Notes under the pieces: generated by a model
Seen by the model: only the letters and a program-made list of their open reading frames with translations
The model's database searches: none
What the model was told of the DNA's origin: nothing
Assembly: GCA_903903945.1 (NCBI GenBank)
Contig: CAIVAP010000112.1
Coordinates: 1 to 63,966 of the forward strand
Reading direction: 5' to 3'
DNA: 63,966 nucleotides
Source of the DNA: an uncultured bacterium
GTDB taxonomy: Bacteria > Zixibacteria > MSB-5A5 > CAIYYT01
Part shown: positions 19,604-28,667 of the stretch, one piece after another
How positions within the stretch are numbered: position 1 is the first letter of the stretch
Layout of the letters: each line of letters opens with the position of its first letter
Program-made: the position numbers and the translations under genes

Positions 19604-20812
19604 TTAGGCAGCGACCTCTTTACCTCTTAGCGAAAACCAGACAGTGCCGATCAGTCCGAATCCAAACGCCGTCAGCAGATTGGTCGCGGGGCTGATCATC
19701 CAGAGCGCCGCACCACCAAATGCCGCCAAAGAGACGATGGTGTCGCGAATCAGGTAATACAACCCGAACATCCCCGCCTCCCGACCAACCGGCGCCAAAT
19801 CCATAATTAACGCCTTGCGGGTGGGTTCGCCAAATTCCTTGAGACCGCGTAATATGAATGCCAAGACCAGCGGCCAGAAAGATTGGCAAAGCATCAGCGC
19901 CAGCGGAAACAGCGTGAAGTTTATGAACGTGATTACGATGAACGGTTTTTTTTGCGTCTTGTCGGCAAAGTAGGCGACAGGTATGTACACGAGCACTGCC
20001 GTAGCCATTTCCACTGTTGTCAGGATTCCGAACTGGAAGGCGTGAACGGGCGAGGTGATCATCTTCATGCACCAGATCACTACAAACGCATACGGTATTT
20101 GCTCGCAAAACCGAATCAGCACATCCGCCACCAGCAAATTGCGTAGCGCCGGGCTCATTAGTTTGAATAGCTTCAGCGGGTTACTCTCCGCTGTTTTCGC
20201 GCTTGCCGCCGTGGCCGATTGATCATCTTTGATCATAATTTGCTGCATAACCGCCGCAATTACTGCCATCGCCAACGCTGCCACAAACGCCAGTCGCACA
20301 CCGGTGCGCTCTCCCCAGGTATCAATAAACAGACCGCCGATTAGCGGTCCGAGTGACATCGGAATGCGCCGGATCAGCGAATGCATTGTAACGCCCATGG
20401 TCCGTTTGGTCTTGGGGAGTGCTCGTGCGACCAACCCCATGGTGGCTGGAAGAGAGATTGCTGACCAGGTGAGAAAGAAAAAGGCGCCCGCCATCACTGC
20501 CCAGATTGACGGAACCAGGATGACAATGACATATCCCGTCATCGCCAGCAGGTTGAATACCAACAACGCCCGTTTAGTACCGAGCCGGTCGGCAAGATAA
20601 CCCCCCGGAAAGGAGTAGAGCGCTCCCAGCAGATTCTGCAGGCCGTTGAGCAGGCCGATCGCCAGCGCCCCGCCACCAAGAGCCATGAGATAGATGGGGA
20701 GAAACCGCTCCGCCATCCGCTCCCCCATCCCTACCAAAATCACCATGCCGAGCAGGGCAACAATGCTCTGTTTTAGTCCGAAAAATTCGGCGAGGCGACG
20801 CAAGGAAGTCAT
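19604..20812 (-). CDS. MFS transporter
   Basis: 402 aa with about 12 hydrophobic helices. An MFS loop motif (GGYLADRLGTKR) lies between TM2 and TM3. Confidence 0.8.
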   Translation of the reverse strand: MTSLRRLAEFFGLKQSIVALLGMVILVGMGERMAERFLPIYLMALGGGALAIGLLNGLQNLLGALYSFPGGYLADRLGTKRALLVFNLLAMTGYVIVILVPSIWAVMAGAFFFLTWSAISLPATMGLVARALPKTKRTMGVTMHSLIRRIPMSLGPLIGGLFIDTWGERTGVRLAFVAALAMAVIAAVMQQIMIKDDQSATAASAKTAESNPLKLFKLMSPALRNLLVADVLIRFCEQIPYAFVVIWCMKMITSPVHAFQFGILTTVEMATAVLVYIPVAYFADKTQKKPFIVITFINFTLFPLALMLCQSFWPLVLAFILRGLKEFGEPTRKALIMDLAPVGREAGMFGLYYLIRDTIVSLAAFGGAALWMISPATNLLTAFGFGLIGTVWFSLRGKEVAA

Positions 20813-20938
20813 CAGAAATCAAGCACTTGGTTGCCGTTAAGCTGTCCGCTTCTGTTCCACGCAGGCGGCAGTCGATATCGGCGCCAACGTAAAGGATTGG
20901 TCATTCCTCTGCAAGCGGATATTGGTGCGTAAGAACGG

Positions 20939-20971
20939 AAAAAAACCAGGGCACGCAGTGGCGTGCCCTGG
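20939..20971 (-). terminator. Rho-independent terminator of rpmG
   Basis: Perfect 11-bp stem ccagggcacgc/gcgtgccctgg (20946-20956 and 20961-20971) with a 4-nt loop. On the minus strand it is followed by seven T residues (A run at 20939-20945). It lies 49 nt after the rpmG stop. Confidence 0.8.
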
Positions 20972-21019
20972 CGATAATTCTGTACGAGCGGGTCGCGAGA
21001 CCAATGCTCGCCGAATCGG

Positions 21020-21205
21020 CTAACGAATCTCTTTGTGAATCGTATGCCGACGCAGATGGGGATTGTATTTTTTCAGTTCCATCCGGTCGGGAGTATTGCG
21101 CTTATTCTTGGTGGTGGTGTACCTTGACGCGGTCTTGCCCTCTTTGACCGCTTCGGTGCACTCTATCGTAATCGTGCCGCGCGCATCGGTTTTCTTCTTT
21201 GCCAC
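21020..21205 (-). CDS. rpmG: 50S ribosomal protein L33
   Basis: 61 aa containing [34 protein letters not shown] start with a GAGGAG motif upstream. This is the Cys-poor (C-minus) form. Confidence 0.9.
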   Translation of the reverse strand: MAKKKTDARGTITIECTEAVKEGKTASRYTTTKNKRNTPDRMELKKYNPHLRRHTIHKEIR

Positions 21206-21367
21206 TGTCTATCTCCTCAAATCAACAAATCTGCAAACTGATCCCAGAAGCCAAGCGCTCCGAACAAGACATTCAATATACGTTCTTTTCTGCCGCAAGC
21301 AAGCTCTTTTCTTCCGTGACCTAACATCACCGCAGACAACGAGTTGATCGCCAATCCATTTGCCAGT

Positions 21368-23431
21368 CTAACACTCCGCACAGGGCGCTGCACCGCCGCT
21401 AAAGATGTAGGCGATCAGATACACGGCGTCCGAGATATTAACCGTACCACTGCAATTGGCGTCACCAGAGAGTAATGGCGATGGCGCCGGACCGCCGGAG
21501 AAAATGAACGCGATAAGGTAAACGGCATCAGAGATGTTTACCGTGCCACTTCCGTTAGCGTCGCCACAAACATAGGGCGGGGCTGGCGGGTCTGTGACGG
21601 TTAGAGCCAGCGCGGCTGTGTCGACCTTGGCCGGAATACTACCGTCACGCAGGGCGACCGTGAAATAGAAAGTTGCTTTCCAGGTCGGCGTGCCGGAAAT
21701 CGTGCCGCCGTCGAAATTCAGCCCGTAAGGCAACTCGCCTGATACCTTCGACCACGTATAGGGACCCACGCCACCAGCACTCTGAAGTGTCAGGTTGTAG
21801 TTTTGGAGGTAGTAGGCGTTGGGGAGGATCGGACCCGGATGAATATGCACACTGTCGTCGCACCAGTCACCGACTCCGTCGCTATTGGAATCCCATTGAT
21901 CATTATTGTTTACCAACGGGCAGTTGTCGCAGGCGTCACCAAGACTATCGGTGTCGCTGTTGGTTTGTGATAGGTTGGCAACATACTTGCAGTTGTCGTC
22001 GGCGTTCAAAATGCCGTCATTGTCGGCGTCGGGATCGCAGGCGTCGCCCAAGCTATCTCCATCGGCGTTGTGTTGGTCGTGATTAGGGACTGTCAGGCAG
22101 TTGTCGCAGGCATCACCGACGCTATCCTTATCGGAATCAAGTTGATCCGGATTGACAACCCGGGGACAGTTGTCAATAAGATTGGCGACTCCGTCATCGT
22201 CCCAATCGAGATTCGGATAATCCCATCCGATTGCATCGAACATAGCTATGTCAGGAGTACGGTAAAAATCCGGGTAAAAGGTCTCGCCATCTCCCATTTC
22301 TGGTTGCATAATGCCGTTCACGGAACCCTGACGGAAATGCGAGGATTGATTGGGAGTCCCATCCGACATACGATATTCGACATCAGCTCCTGCGCTGGTG
22401 AAAAGATTCGAGTTATGATCATCATCGGGATTATTGTAATCAACAAGCCGTGGCCGAAGTTGGAATTCTGAAACATTGTCAGGGTTATAATCCCCCGACC
22501 CATCCGTGCGTTGAAACCTGTAAATGTCGAGGGAAGTGATATCGGAATTTGGCTGATACCAGCTTTCTGCACGTGAAACAAACCCGAGGGCATGACCAAT
22601 TTCATGGAGTACAACCGACTGGAAGCACATCATGCTACCGGGAACACCGTCAGCCGGATCATAATCCCATGGGAAGTTTGTGCTAAACGTGATACTAGCG
22701 CAGGTACCACTAATGCTACCGATAGCGGCACCGTAGTTTGCCACGGAGAAGTAACAGCGATCCTCGTTGGTGACCGTAGAGCTTGAACCATCATACCGCA
22801 CGGGAATCGTACTCCCCGAAGGAAGATAGGTTTGAATGTAATCGTCAGAATCCATACCTGCAATAAGACTTGCGCGAGTAGTAGCCCACGAAGGTGGCGT
22901 GGCTGTATAATAGACTGACGTCGCACCAAGAATCCCGGGGCCAAGAGAGTCAAATTTAATGCTTATGTTAGCAGTTAGTGCATCGGTAAAGAGATCCTCC
23001 AGATATGTTGCCGCTGTTTCCAATGCGGTTATGGCTTCAGCCGGGACTGAGGCGTCATAGTTGAAAACCAAGTTAAAGTTGGAAAGCGCCTTTTGACTGG
23101 CGACTTTCTTATTCTTGTCATTTGCAAAACGTTCATTCGAAATTCGCACCTGTTCCTTGAAAAATTCAGCATTAGCTACAGAGGTGTCGCTTCCGGAAAA
23201 CGGTACCGTGATTATCTCGGTCTTCATCTCACTGAGACTATGATCATTGTAATTCTTGGTCGTAAACGTCGGACCGGCTTCAATAAGAACAAAGGAGTTA
23301 TCGGTAGCTGCCAACGGCGTCCGGTTCATCTTCTGAAAGGCAGAGGATGAATCGGGATTCGTCGCTGCCATCAGGGTAGAAAACATCAGCAACGAAATGA
23401 CTATCACGAACAAAGCTTTTCTGCAAAGCAT
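21368..23431 (-). CDS. Secreted HExxH zinc metalloprotease with thrombospondin type-3 repeats and a C-terminal twin dockerin-like module
   Basis: 687 aa with a signal peptide and the motif VLHEIGHALGF. Five or so Ca-binding TSP3-like repeats are present (DNCPRVVNPDQLDSDKDSVGDACDNC...). The C-terminal 66 aa form a dockerin-like module (21371-21568). AGGAGG lies upstream of the ATG. Confidence 0.8.
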   Translation of the reverse strand: MLCRKALFVIVISLLMFSTLMAATNPDSSSAFQKMNRTPLAATDNSFVLIEAGPTFTTKNYNDHSLSEMKTEIITVPFSGSDTSVANAEFFKEQVRISNERFANDKNKKVASQKALSNFNLVFNYDASVPAEAITALETAATYLEDLFTDALTANISIKFDSLGPGILGATSVYYTATPPSWATTRASLIAGMDSDDYIQTYLPSGSTIPVRYDGSSSTVTNEDRCYFSVANYGAAIGSISGTCASITFSTNFPWDYDPADGVPGSMMCFQSVVLHEIGHALGFVSRAESWYQPNSDITSLDIYRFQRTDGSGDYNPDNVSEFQLRPRLVDYNNPDDDHNSNLFTSAGADVEYRMSDGTPNQSSHFRQGSVNGIMQPEMGDGETFYPDFYRTPDIAMFDAIGWDYPNLDWDDDGVANLIDNCPRVVNPDQLDSDKDSVGDACDNCLTVPNHDQHNADGDSLGDACDPDADNDGILNADDNCKYVANLSQTNSDTDSLGDACDNCPLVNNNDQWDSNSDGVGDWCDDSVHIHPGPILPNAYYLQNYNLTLQSAGGVGPYTWSKVSGELPYGLNFDGGTISGTPTWKATFYFTVALRDGSIPAKVDTAALALTVTDPPAPPYVCGDANGSGTVNISDAVYLIAFIFSGGPAPSPLLSGDANCSGTVNISDAVYLIAYIFSGGAAPCAEC

Positions 23432-23484
23432 GCCAGCCTCCTAAAGATGCACGGGTAAGACGATGGGTTGTATAATCATAGACT

Positions 23485-23513
23485 AAGTTAGTTCCATTGC
23501 GTCAGTTTGTCAA
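23485..23513 (-). promoter_or_regulatory. Sigma70-like promoter P1 (TTGACA-N17-TAACTT) for the metalloprotease gene
   Basis: The -35 is at 23513-23508 and the -10 at 23490-23485 on the minus strand, about 50 nt upstream of ATG 23431. Confidence 0.35.
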
Positions 23514-23706
23514 ATGACTTCGTATAAATTGAGTAGTGAAGAAACGGATGTCTCACAAGTAGTACCTACATGTCTTTTCCAAACGCCGCTTGAAGGTCAT
23601 CGACGGTATGACCAACTCGACCGGACAGCGATCAGTTGTAATGTCTGGCTGCGGCACGGAGAAACTAACGTCGTGTTCATGTTCGTCCTCAAGCGAGTAA
23701 CACATC

Positions 23707-23735
23707 ACTATATACTAGATCGGCCAATTTGTCAA
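23707..23735 (-). promoter_or_regulatory. Sigma70-like promoter P2 (TTGACA-N17-TATAGT), far upstream of the metalloprotease gene
   Basis: Exact -35 at 23735-23730, a 17-nt spacer, and -10 TATAGT at 23712-23707 on the minus strand. It would give a leader of about 270 nt. Confidence 0.4.
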
Positions 23736-23893
23736 GGTGTTTTGCTGTTTCACACGAGACATATACGGGCAATGATTATACGCGATAGGCTGTATCTTGT
23801 TGGCGGTCTTCAAGATGAACGCCGGACAGTCGGGAGTGTGGAAAACCTCCTCGGCTGTCATTCTGAAGGGTCGGGCGGTTGCCGGACGCCGGG

Positions 23894-24796
23894 CTACCAG
23901 ACGCGCGGAATTAGTTCGGTGTTCTTTATAACCCTGTTCTTACTGACTGGCGCGCCCGTTTCGGTAATACTGGTTTCCAGCCGCTCGCTCATTTTGGCAT
24001 ACACTATGTTCCCGTTTTTTAGCGAGACCTGAAATTCACCGGTGATCTGCGATGTTCCAAGCGCCTTGTACGAAATCGTATCTGGAGAGTACATGTCCAC
24101 ACTGTAAGGCGAGATGGCACTGGCTATCGAAATGGTGGCGCACGGCGTACCGCGATAGGACATCAATCCCGTCAATGTCAGCTTGAACGGTTTCTGATCC
24201 ACCCTTGATGTCTTGACTACGTTCTGGACTTCGTAGCAGATTGGTTTTGGCCAGGCAATGGTGGCGGTGTCGCCGATTTTACTCAGACGTCCGCCGACGG
24301 TGTAGTGCAACTGCTCCATGATCTTGGCTGGCAGAAAATCATCGATAAACTCCCACGCTTCCAAATAGGGCCATCCCGTGGTCAAAGGAATCCCGAAATC
24401 ATAGCAGTTGCCTTTTACCGAAATCTTCGAGCGATACTGGGAACGAAAATGCAGACCAGATATCGAGTCGATGAGCGAATAGCTCTCACGGTCTGACTCC
24501 TTAATATCCTTAATGGTCCCGATGATGAAAGAGTCGACGGTGATTTCATAGATCAGGCCGCTGTCGGGATTGTTCGCGACACATAGCTGCGCGTAGCCTA
24601 TACGGTTGTTTTTGACGGCTGTGGGCTTGCCGTCATCATTAAGAAAGAGCACTTCCACTTGCATCCTGTAGGCCTGAGCATCTCCGCGCTGACATCTTGG
24701 CGCCAGATTTAGAGTTTCCTGAGGCGCCCGCGGCATTACCGACTGCGCCCAGATGGATGCATTCAAGACCATAAGAATCAGAAACAATTTGCGCAT
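23894..24796 (-). CDS. Hypothetical secreted protein
   Basis: 300-aa ORF with signal peptide MRKLFLILMVLNASIWAQS. No motif recognised. Confidence 0.6.
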   Translation of the reverse strand: MRKLFLILMVLNASIWAQSVMPRAPQETLNLAPRCQRGDAQAYRMQVEVLFLNDDGKPTAVKNNRIGYAQLCVANNPDSGLIYEITVDSFIIGTIKDIKESDRESYSLIDSISGLHFRSQYRSKISVKGNCYDFGIPLTTGWPYLEAWEFIDDFLPAKIMEQLHYTVGGRLSKIGDTATIAWPKPICYEVQNVVKTSRVDQKPFKLTLTGLMSYRGTPCATISIASAISPYSVDMYSPDTISYKALGTSQITGEFQVSLKNGNIVYAKMSERLETSITETGAPVSKNRVIKNTELIPRVW

Positions 24797-24812
24797 TACA
24801 ACTCCTTATCGC

Positions 24813-25631
24813 TTACCAACGACGGTCGTGCTTTTGACAGGTGGGGCAAAAATGCGTTCCCCGACCTCCGACCTTGATTTTCACTATGACGTCACCGCAC
24901 TTGCCACACCGACTTCCATTTTGATTATACACTTTTAGATATCGGGCGAACCGTCCTGACTCTCCATTTACGCCCGAATAGCTGTCGAATGTTGTCCCGA
25001 GATTCTTAATCGCCAACGCCATGATCTGTCGGATAGCCCTCGTCAGTGCACGGATCTCGTTGGCAGACAACGATGACGACGCCTTGAGAGGATGGATACC
25101 ACTGCGGTAGAGCGACTCATCGACATAGATGTTGCCCAAACCGGCAATGACATACTGATCAAGCAACAGGGATTTGACAGGTCGCTTGCTTTTGCAAACG
25201 AGCGCCTGTAACTGCGACGCCGTAATCGCCGGAGCTTCTACGCCCAGTCGATTTAGCGTCTCCTGTTGGCCATCGCGCACGAATTGGATGACGCCGAATT
25301 TCCGCACATCACGGAACACGAGCCGCCTGCGTCGAGCCCGGAATACGATCTCCAGATGGTCATGCTTGTCCCGCCGCCTCTGGTCTTCGCCAACCAGAAT
25401 GCGCCCGCTCATGCGCAGATGGATCATCAGCCGCTTGCCGGATTTGAGATGAGCAATGATGTACTTGCCGCGCCGCTCAAACGACTTGAAGGTATCACCG
25501 GTCAATTGTCGCAGTTGGGGTTCTCGTTTGAGCAAGTGGGGAGAAACATGGGGCAGTCGCTGCACGGTCAGCCCCTTGACCATAGAGTTCAGCCCACGGA
25601 CAATCGTCTCGACCTCCGGCAGTTCCGGCAT
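24813..25631 (-). CDS. mutM: Formamidopyrimidine-DNA glycosylase
   Basis: 272 aa. Contains the N-terminal MPELPEVETI, an H2TH region and a C-terminal zinc finger (CGKCG...CPTCQ). Confidence 0.92.
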   Translation of the reverse strand: MPELPEVETIVRGLNSMVKGLTVQRLPHVSPHLLKREPQLRQLTGDTFKSFERRGKYIIAHLKSGKRLMIHLRMSGRILVGEDQRRRDKHDHLEIVFRARRRRLVFRDVRKFGVIQFVRDGQQETLNRLGVEAPAITASQLQALVCKSKRPVKSLLLDQYVIAGLGNIYVDESLYRSGIHPLKASSSLSANEIRALTRAIRQIMALAIKNLGTTFDSYSGVNGESGRFARYLKVYNQNGSRCGKCGDVIVKIKVGGRGTHFCPTCQKHDRRW

Positions 25632-25632
25632 C

Positions 25633-26403
25633 TCAGACTTTCTCCATGATCAAGATCATGTTTTCCGACTTGGTTCTGATATATGGCCTCAGTCCGGCAT
25701 CACCAAAAGCGTGTGTCACCTTGAATTCATGGCTCGCTGCGGCGGCGATTTCCGAGCGCAGCCAGAACTTCAATCGTGTTTCCAGCGTATTGTGCGAGAT
25801 GATTTTCCCCTGCTCGATAATGTAGATCGGCATCAAAAAACTCCAGCACTCGTCTTGCCGCGCATAGAACGGCGCAAACAGCACGCGATTGTCGGCCAGT
25901 TTCGGCGGCAGGAAATGCACCTGCTTGGTTTTCAGCATCTCCGGATTAACTGTCTGGATCACGAACCGTCCGTGCGGCGACAGCAATCGGCTGACATTCT
26001 TAATCAGCATTTTGAGATCGGCGCCGGATAGAATGTGCGGTAGCGTGTTTCCAAGAAGCAACACCAGGTCGAACACCCCATTGTACTTCACAGGTAGTCG
26101 CAGCATGTCACCCTTGAAAAATCGTATTCCCTTCTTGCGAGCGTGTTTTGCCTTTGCCATTCTGATCATCCGCGCTGAACTGTCGATGCCGACATAAACT
26201 GCGCCGCGTTTGACAATCTCCTGGGCATGACCCCCATCACCGCAGCCGAGATCGCAGACGGCCGAGATGTCGGGATTGGCGAGAAGTAGATCAAATAGCG
26301 CCATCTCTTTGGGCAGTCGTTTGTCCCAATCAACTTTAAGGTGATAGAGCGGTGCAAGTTGCTCGTAGAAGTTGTCGCTATGTCTGCCGCGTGTTGTCAT
26401 CAT
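25633..26403 (-). CDS. Class I SAM-dependent methyltransferase
   Basis: 256 aa with SAM motif I VCDLGCGDGGH. It is 1 nt upstream of mutM. Confidence 0.8.
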   Translation of the reverse strand: MMTTRGRHSDNFYEQLAPLYHLKVDWDKRLPKEMALFDLLLANPDISAVCDLGCGDGGHAQEIVKRGAVYVGIDSSARMIRMAKAKHARKKGIRFFKGDMLRLPVKYNGVFDLVLLLGNTLPHILSGADLKMLIKNVSRLLSPHGRFVIQTVNPEMLKTKQVHFLPPKLADNRVLFAPFYARQDECWSFLMPIYIIEQGKIISHNTLETRLKFWLRSEIAAAASHEFKVTHAFGDAGLRPYIRTKSENMILIMEKV

Positions 26404-26434
26404 TCTCCTGAAGTATCGCCAGCCGAAGTTTCCC

Positions 26435-26462
26435 TTGAATACGTGGCGTCGCCCAGTATATT
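26435..26462 (+). promoter_or_regulatory. Sigma70-like promoter (TTGAAT-N16-TATATT) abutting the helicase start codon
   Basis: The -10 ends 10 nt before the A of ATG 26472, which implies a leader of only 2-3 nt. Confidence 0.3.
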
Positions 26463-26471
26463 GGGCGGCCT

Positions 26472-28643
26472 ATGACCGGTCAAGACAAAATCCTCGCGGG
26501 GCTGAACCCCCCACAATTGGAAGCGGTCACGTTTGGTGACGGTCCCCTGCTGGTGCTGGCGGGCGCCGGCAGCGGTAAGACCCGCGTGCTGACCAGCCGT
26601 GTCGCGCACCTGATTGCCACGGGCCGCGCCGCGCCGGAACAGGTGTTGGCGGTGACTTTCACCAACAAGGCCGCCGGCGAGATGAAAGCTCGCATCGAGC
26701 GACTGACCGACATGAGCAAGTCCCGCATGCAGGTATCAACGTTTCATTCCTTTGCCGCGCTGTTGCTGCGTTTCTACGGCGAGCGCCTGGGACTACCCAA
26801 AGGCTATACGATATACGACCAGGACGACGCTTTGAGCGCTATCAAGAGCTGTTTGACCGAATTGAAGATTGACAGCAAGAAACTCTCGGCAGCTTACGTG
26901 CTTGATCGAATCAGCGATGCCAAGACGGAAATGGTCGATGCGGACGCATTTGCCGCCACTGCTTACAGCGCCGATTATAAGAAAATTGCGCAGGTCTACG
27001 AGTTGTACGAGCATAAACTCAAAGCCGCCGGGGCGCTTGATTTTGATGATCTGCTTGTATGCGCAGTGAAGCTGTTGCAGAAGGATGCCGAGATCAGAAC
27101 GCGCTTGCAGCAGAAGTATCGTTATCTGTTGATCGACGAATATCAGGACACCAATAAGCCGCAATACTTGATGGCCAAGATTCTGTCGGAGGTAAATCGA
27201 AATATCTTTGCCGTTGGTGATGAAGATCAATCGATTTATGGCTGGCGTGGCGCCAATATTCAAAACATTCTTAACTTCGAACACGACTTCCCCAACTGCA
27301 AAATCATTCGTCTGGAGCAAAACTACCGCTCCACGCAGACCATTCTCAAGGCGGCTTCGACGGTCGTCAGCAACAACCGCATGCGAAAAGGCAAGACGCT
27401 GTTCTCGGTTGGTGAGACAGGCGAACCGTTGGTCTTGATGATCACCACAAACGACGATGACGAAGCCGAGCGGGTGGCGACGCGCATTGAAGAACAGATT
27501 CGCGTCAATGTTCCACGCAGCGAGATCGCCTTGCTATATCGCACTAATGCGCAGTCCCGGGCGCTGGAGGAATCACTCAAACGCCGGTTTATTCCTTACA
27601 AAATCGTCGGCGGTATTCGCTTCTATCAGCGCAAAGAAATCAAGGATATGCTCGCCTATCTCAGGCTGATCGAGAATCCCAAGGACGATGTCAGCTTCCG
27701 GCGGGTTATCAACTACCCCAAGCGCGGCATCGGCGATGCGACTCTGTCACAACTTCAGACCAAAGCCAACGAGCTTAGCTGCTCGTTGCTCGAATTGATT
27801 TCGCGATCGGGACAGCTTGATTTCCTCGCATCGGGCGCAGTGGCTAAACTTGCCAAGTTCGCGCAGTTGCTGGACTATCTGACCAAGATGGCGGCTACGC
27901 TACCACTCGGACAGTTGATGCAACTGGTGGCCGACAAAACCGGCATCACGGCCGATCTCAAAACGCTTGACCCGGCGGAGAGCGAAATGCGGCTGGAAAA
28001 TGTGGAGGAGCTAATTGCTTCCGGAGCCGAATATGCGTTGGAGAATGTTGAAGCCGGCGTTGCTACTTTCTTGCAGGATATTTCGCTTTACACAGATCTC
28101 GACAACTACGATCGTCAGAGTGACGCCGTGACGTTGATGACACTGCACGGAGCCAAGGGTCTCGAATTTGAGTCGGTTTTTATCACCGGTTTGGAGGATG
28201 GTCTGTTTCCGATTTCGCGCAGTCTGGATGACACCGCCAAGCTTGAGGAAGAACGCCGCCTGTTCTACGTCGGCATGACCCGCGCCAAATCGCGGCTGAC
28301 CTTGTCATACGCGCTGCACCGCGCGCGTTTCGGGAACAAGCAGACGTTGCGTTCGCGGTTCCTTGATGAAGTTCCCGATGAAGTTCTCGACACCGTGCGT
28401 TACACTCTCGTCAATGCGCGCGGCAACGTCAACTCGTCGTTTGTGCTTCCGGAATATCACGATGACGACGATCCTTATGCATTTCTTCGAATTGGTACCG
28501 CTGTCTATCATCCTCGCTGGGGCGAGGGCGCCGTGACGAATCGGAAGGGTTCCGGCGACAATACCGAAGTCGAGGTTCGTTTTCATTTCGCGGGCACCAA
28601 GAATCTGGCCGCCCGCTACGCGAAACTCCGTCCGCTACGCTAA
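26472..28643 (+). CDS. UvrD/PcrA-family ATP-dependent DNA helicase
   Basis: 723 aa with SF1 helicase motifs AGAGSGKTRVL, LIDEYQDTN, YRSTQ, LMTLHGAKGLEF and VGMTRAK. Confidence 0.92.
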   Translation: MTGQDKILAGLNPPQLEAVTFGDGPLLVLAGAGSGKTRVLTSRVAHLIATGRAAPEQVLAVTFTNKAAGEMKARIERLTDMSKSRMQVSTFHSFAALLLRFYGERLGLPKGYTIYDQDDALSAIKSCLTELKIDSKKLSAAYVLDRISDAKTEMVDADAFAATAYSADYKKIAQVYELYEHKLKAAGALDFDDLLVCAVKLLQKDAEIRTRLQQKYRYLLIDEYQDTNKPQYLMAKILSEVNRNIFAVGDEDQSIYGWRGANIQNILNFEHDFPNCKIIRLEQNYRSTQTILKAASTVVSNNRMRKGKTLFSVGETGEPLVLMITTNDDDEAERVATRIEEQIRVNVPRSEIALLYRTNAQSRALEESLKRRFIPYKIVGGIRFYQRKEIKDMLAYLRLIENPKDDVSFRRVINYPKRGIGDATLSQLQTKANELSCSLLELISRSGQLDFLASGAVAKLAKFAQLLDYLTKMAATLPLGQLMQLVADKTGITADLKTLDPAESEMRLENVEELIASGAEYALENVEAGVATFLQDISLYTDLDNYDRQSDAVTLMTLHGAKGLEFESVFITGLEDGLFPISRSLDDTAKLEEERRLFYVGMTRAKSRLTLSYALHRARFGNKQTLRSRFLDEVPDEVLDTVRYTLVNARGNVNSSFVLPEYHDDDDPYAFLRIGTAVYHPRWGEGAVTNRKGSGDNTEVEVRFHFAGTKNLAARYAKLRPLR

Positions 28644-28667
28644 AAGAATCTCAGCAGAGCTTTCGTT

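Noticed and set aside
21020-21205. L33 lacking the CxxC zinc-ribbon cysteines as a novelty.
   Set aside because: Cys-less (C-minus) L33 is a common natural form; E. coli L33 is an example. It is not unusual by itself, and whether a zinc-binding paralogue exists cannot be judged from this window.
23514-24032. 172-aa plus-strand ORF in the gap upstream of the metalloprotease gene.
   Set aside because: It overlaps the 3' end of the real minus-strand gene 23894-24796 and the promoter region. It has odd composition and no start context.
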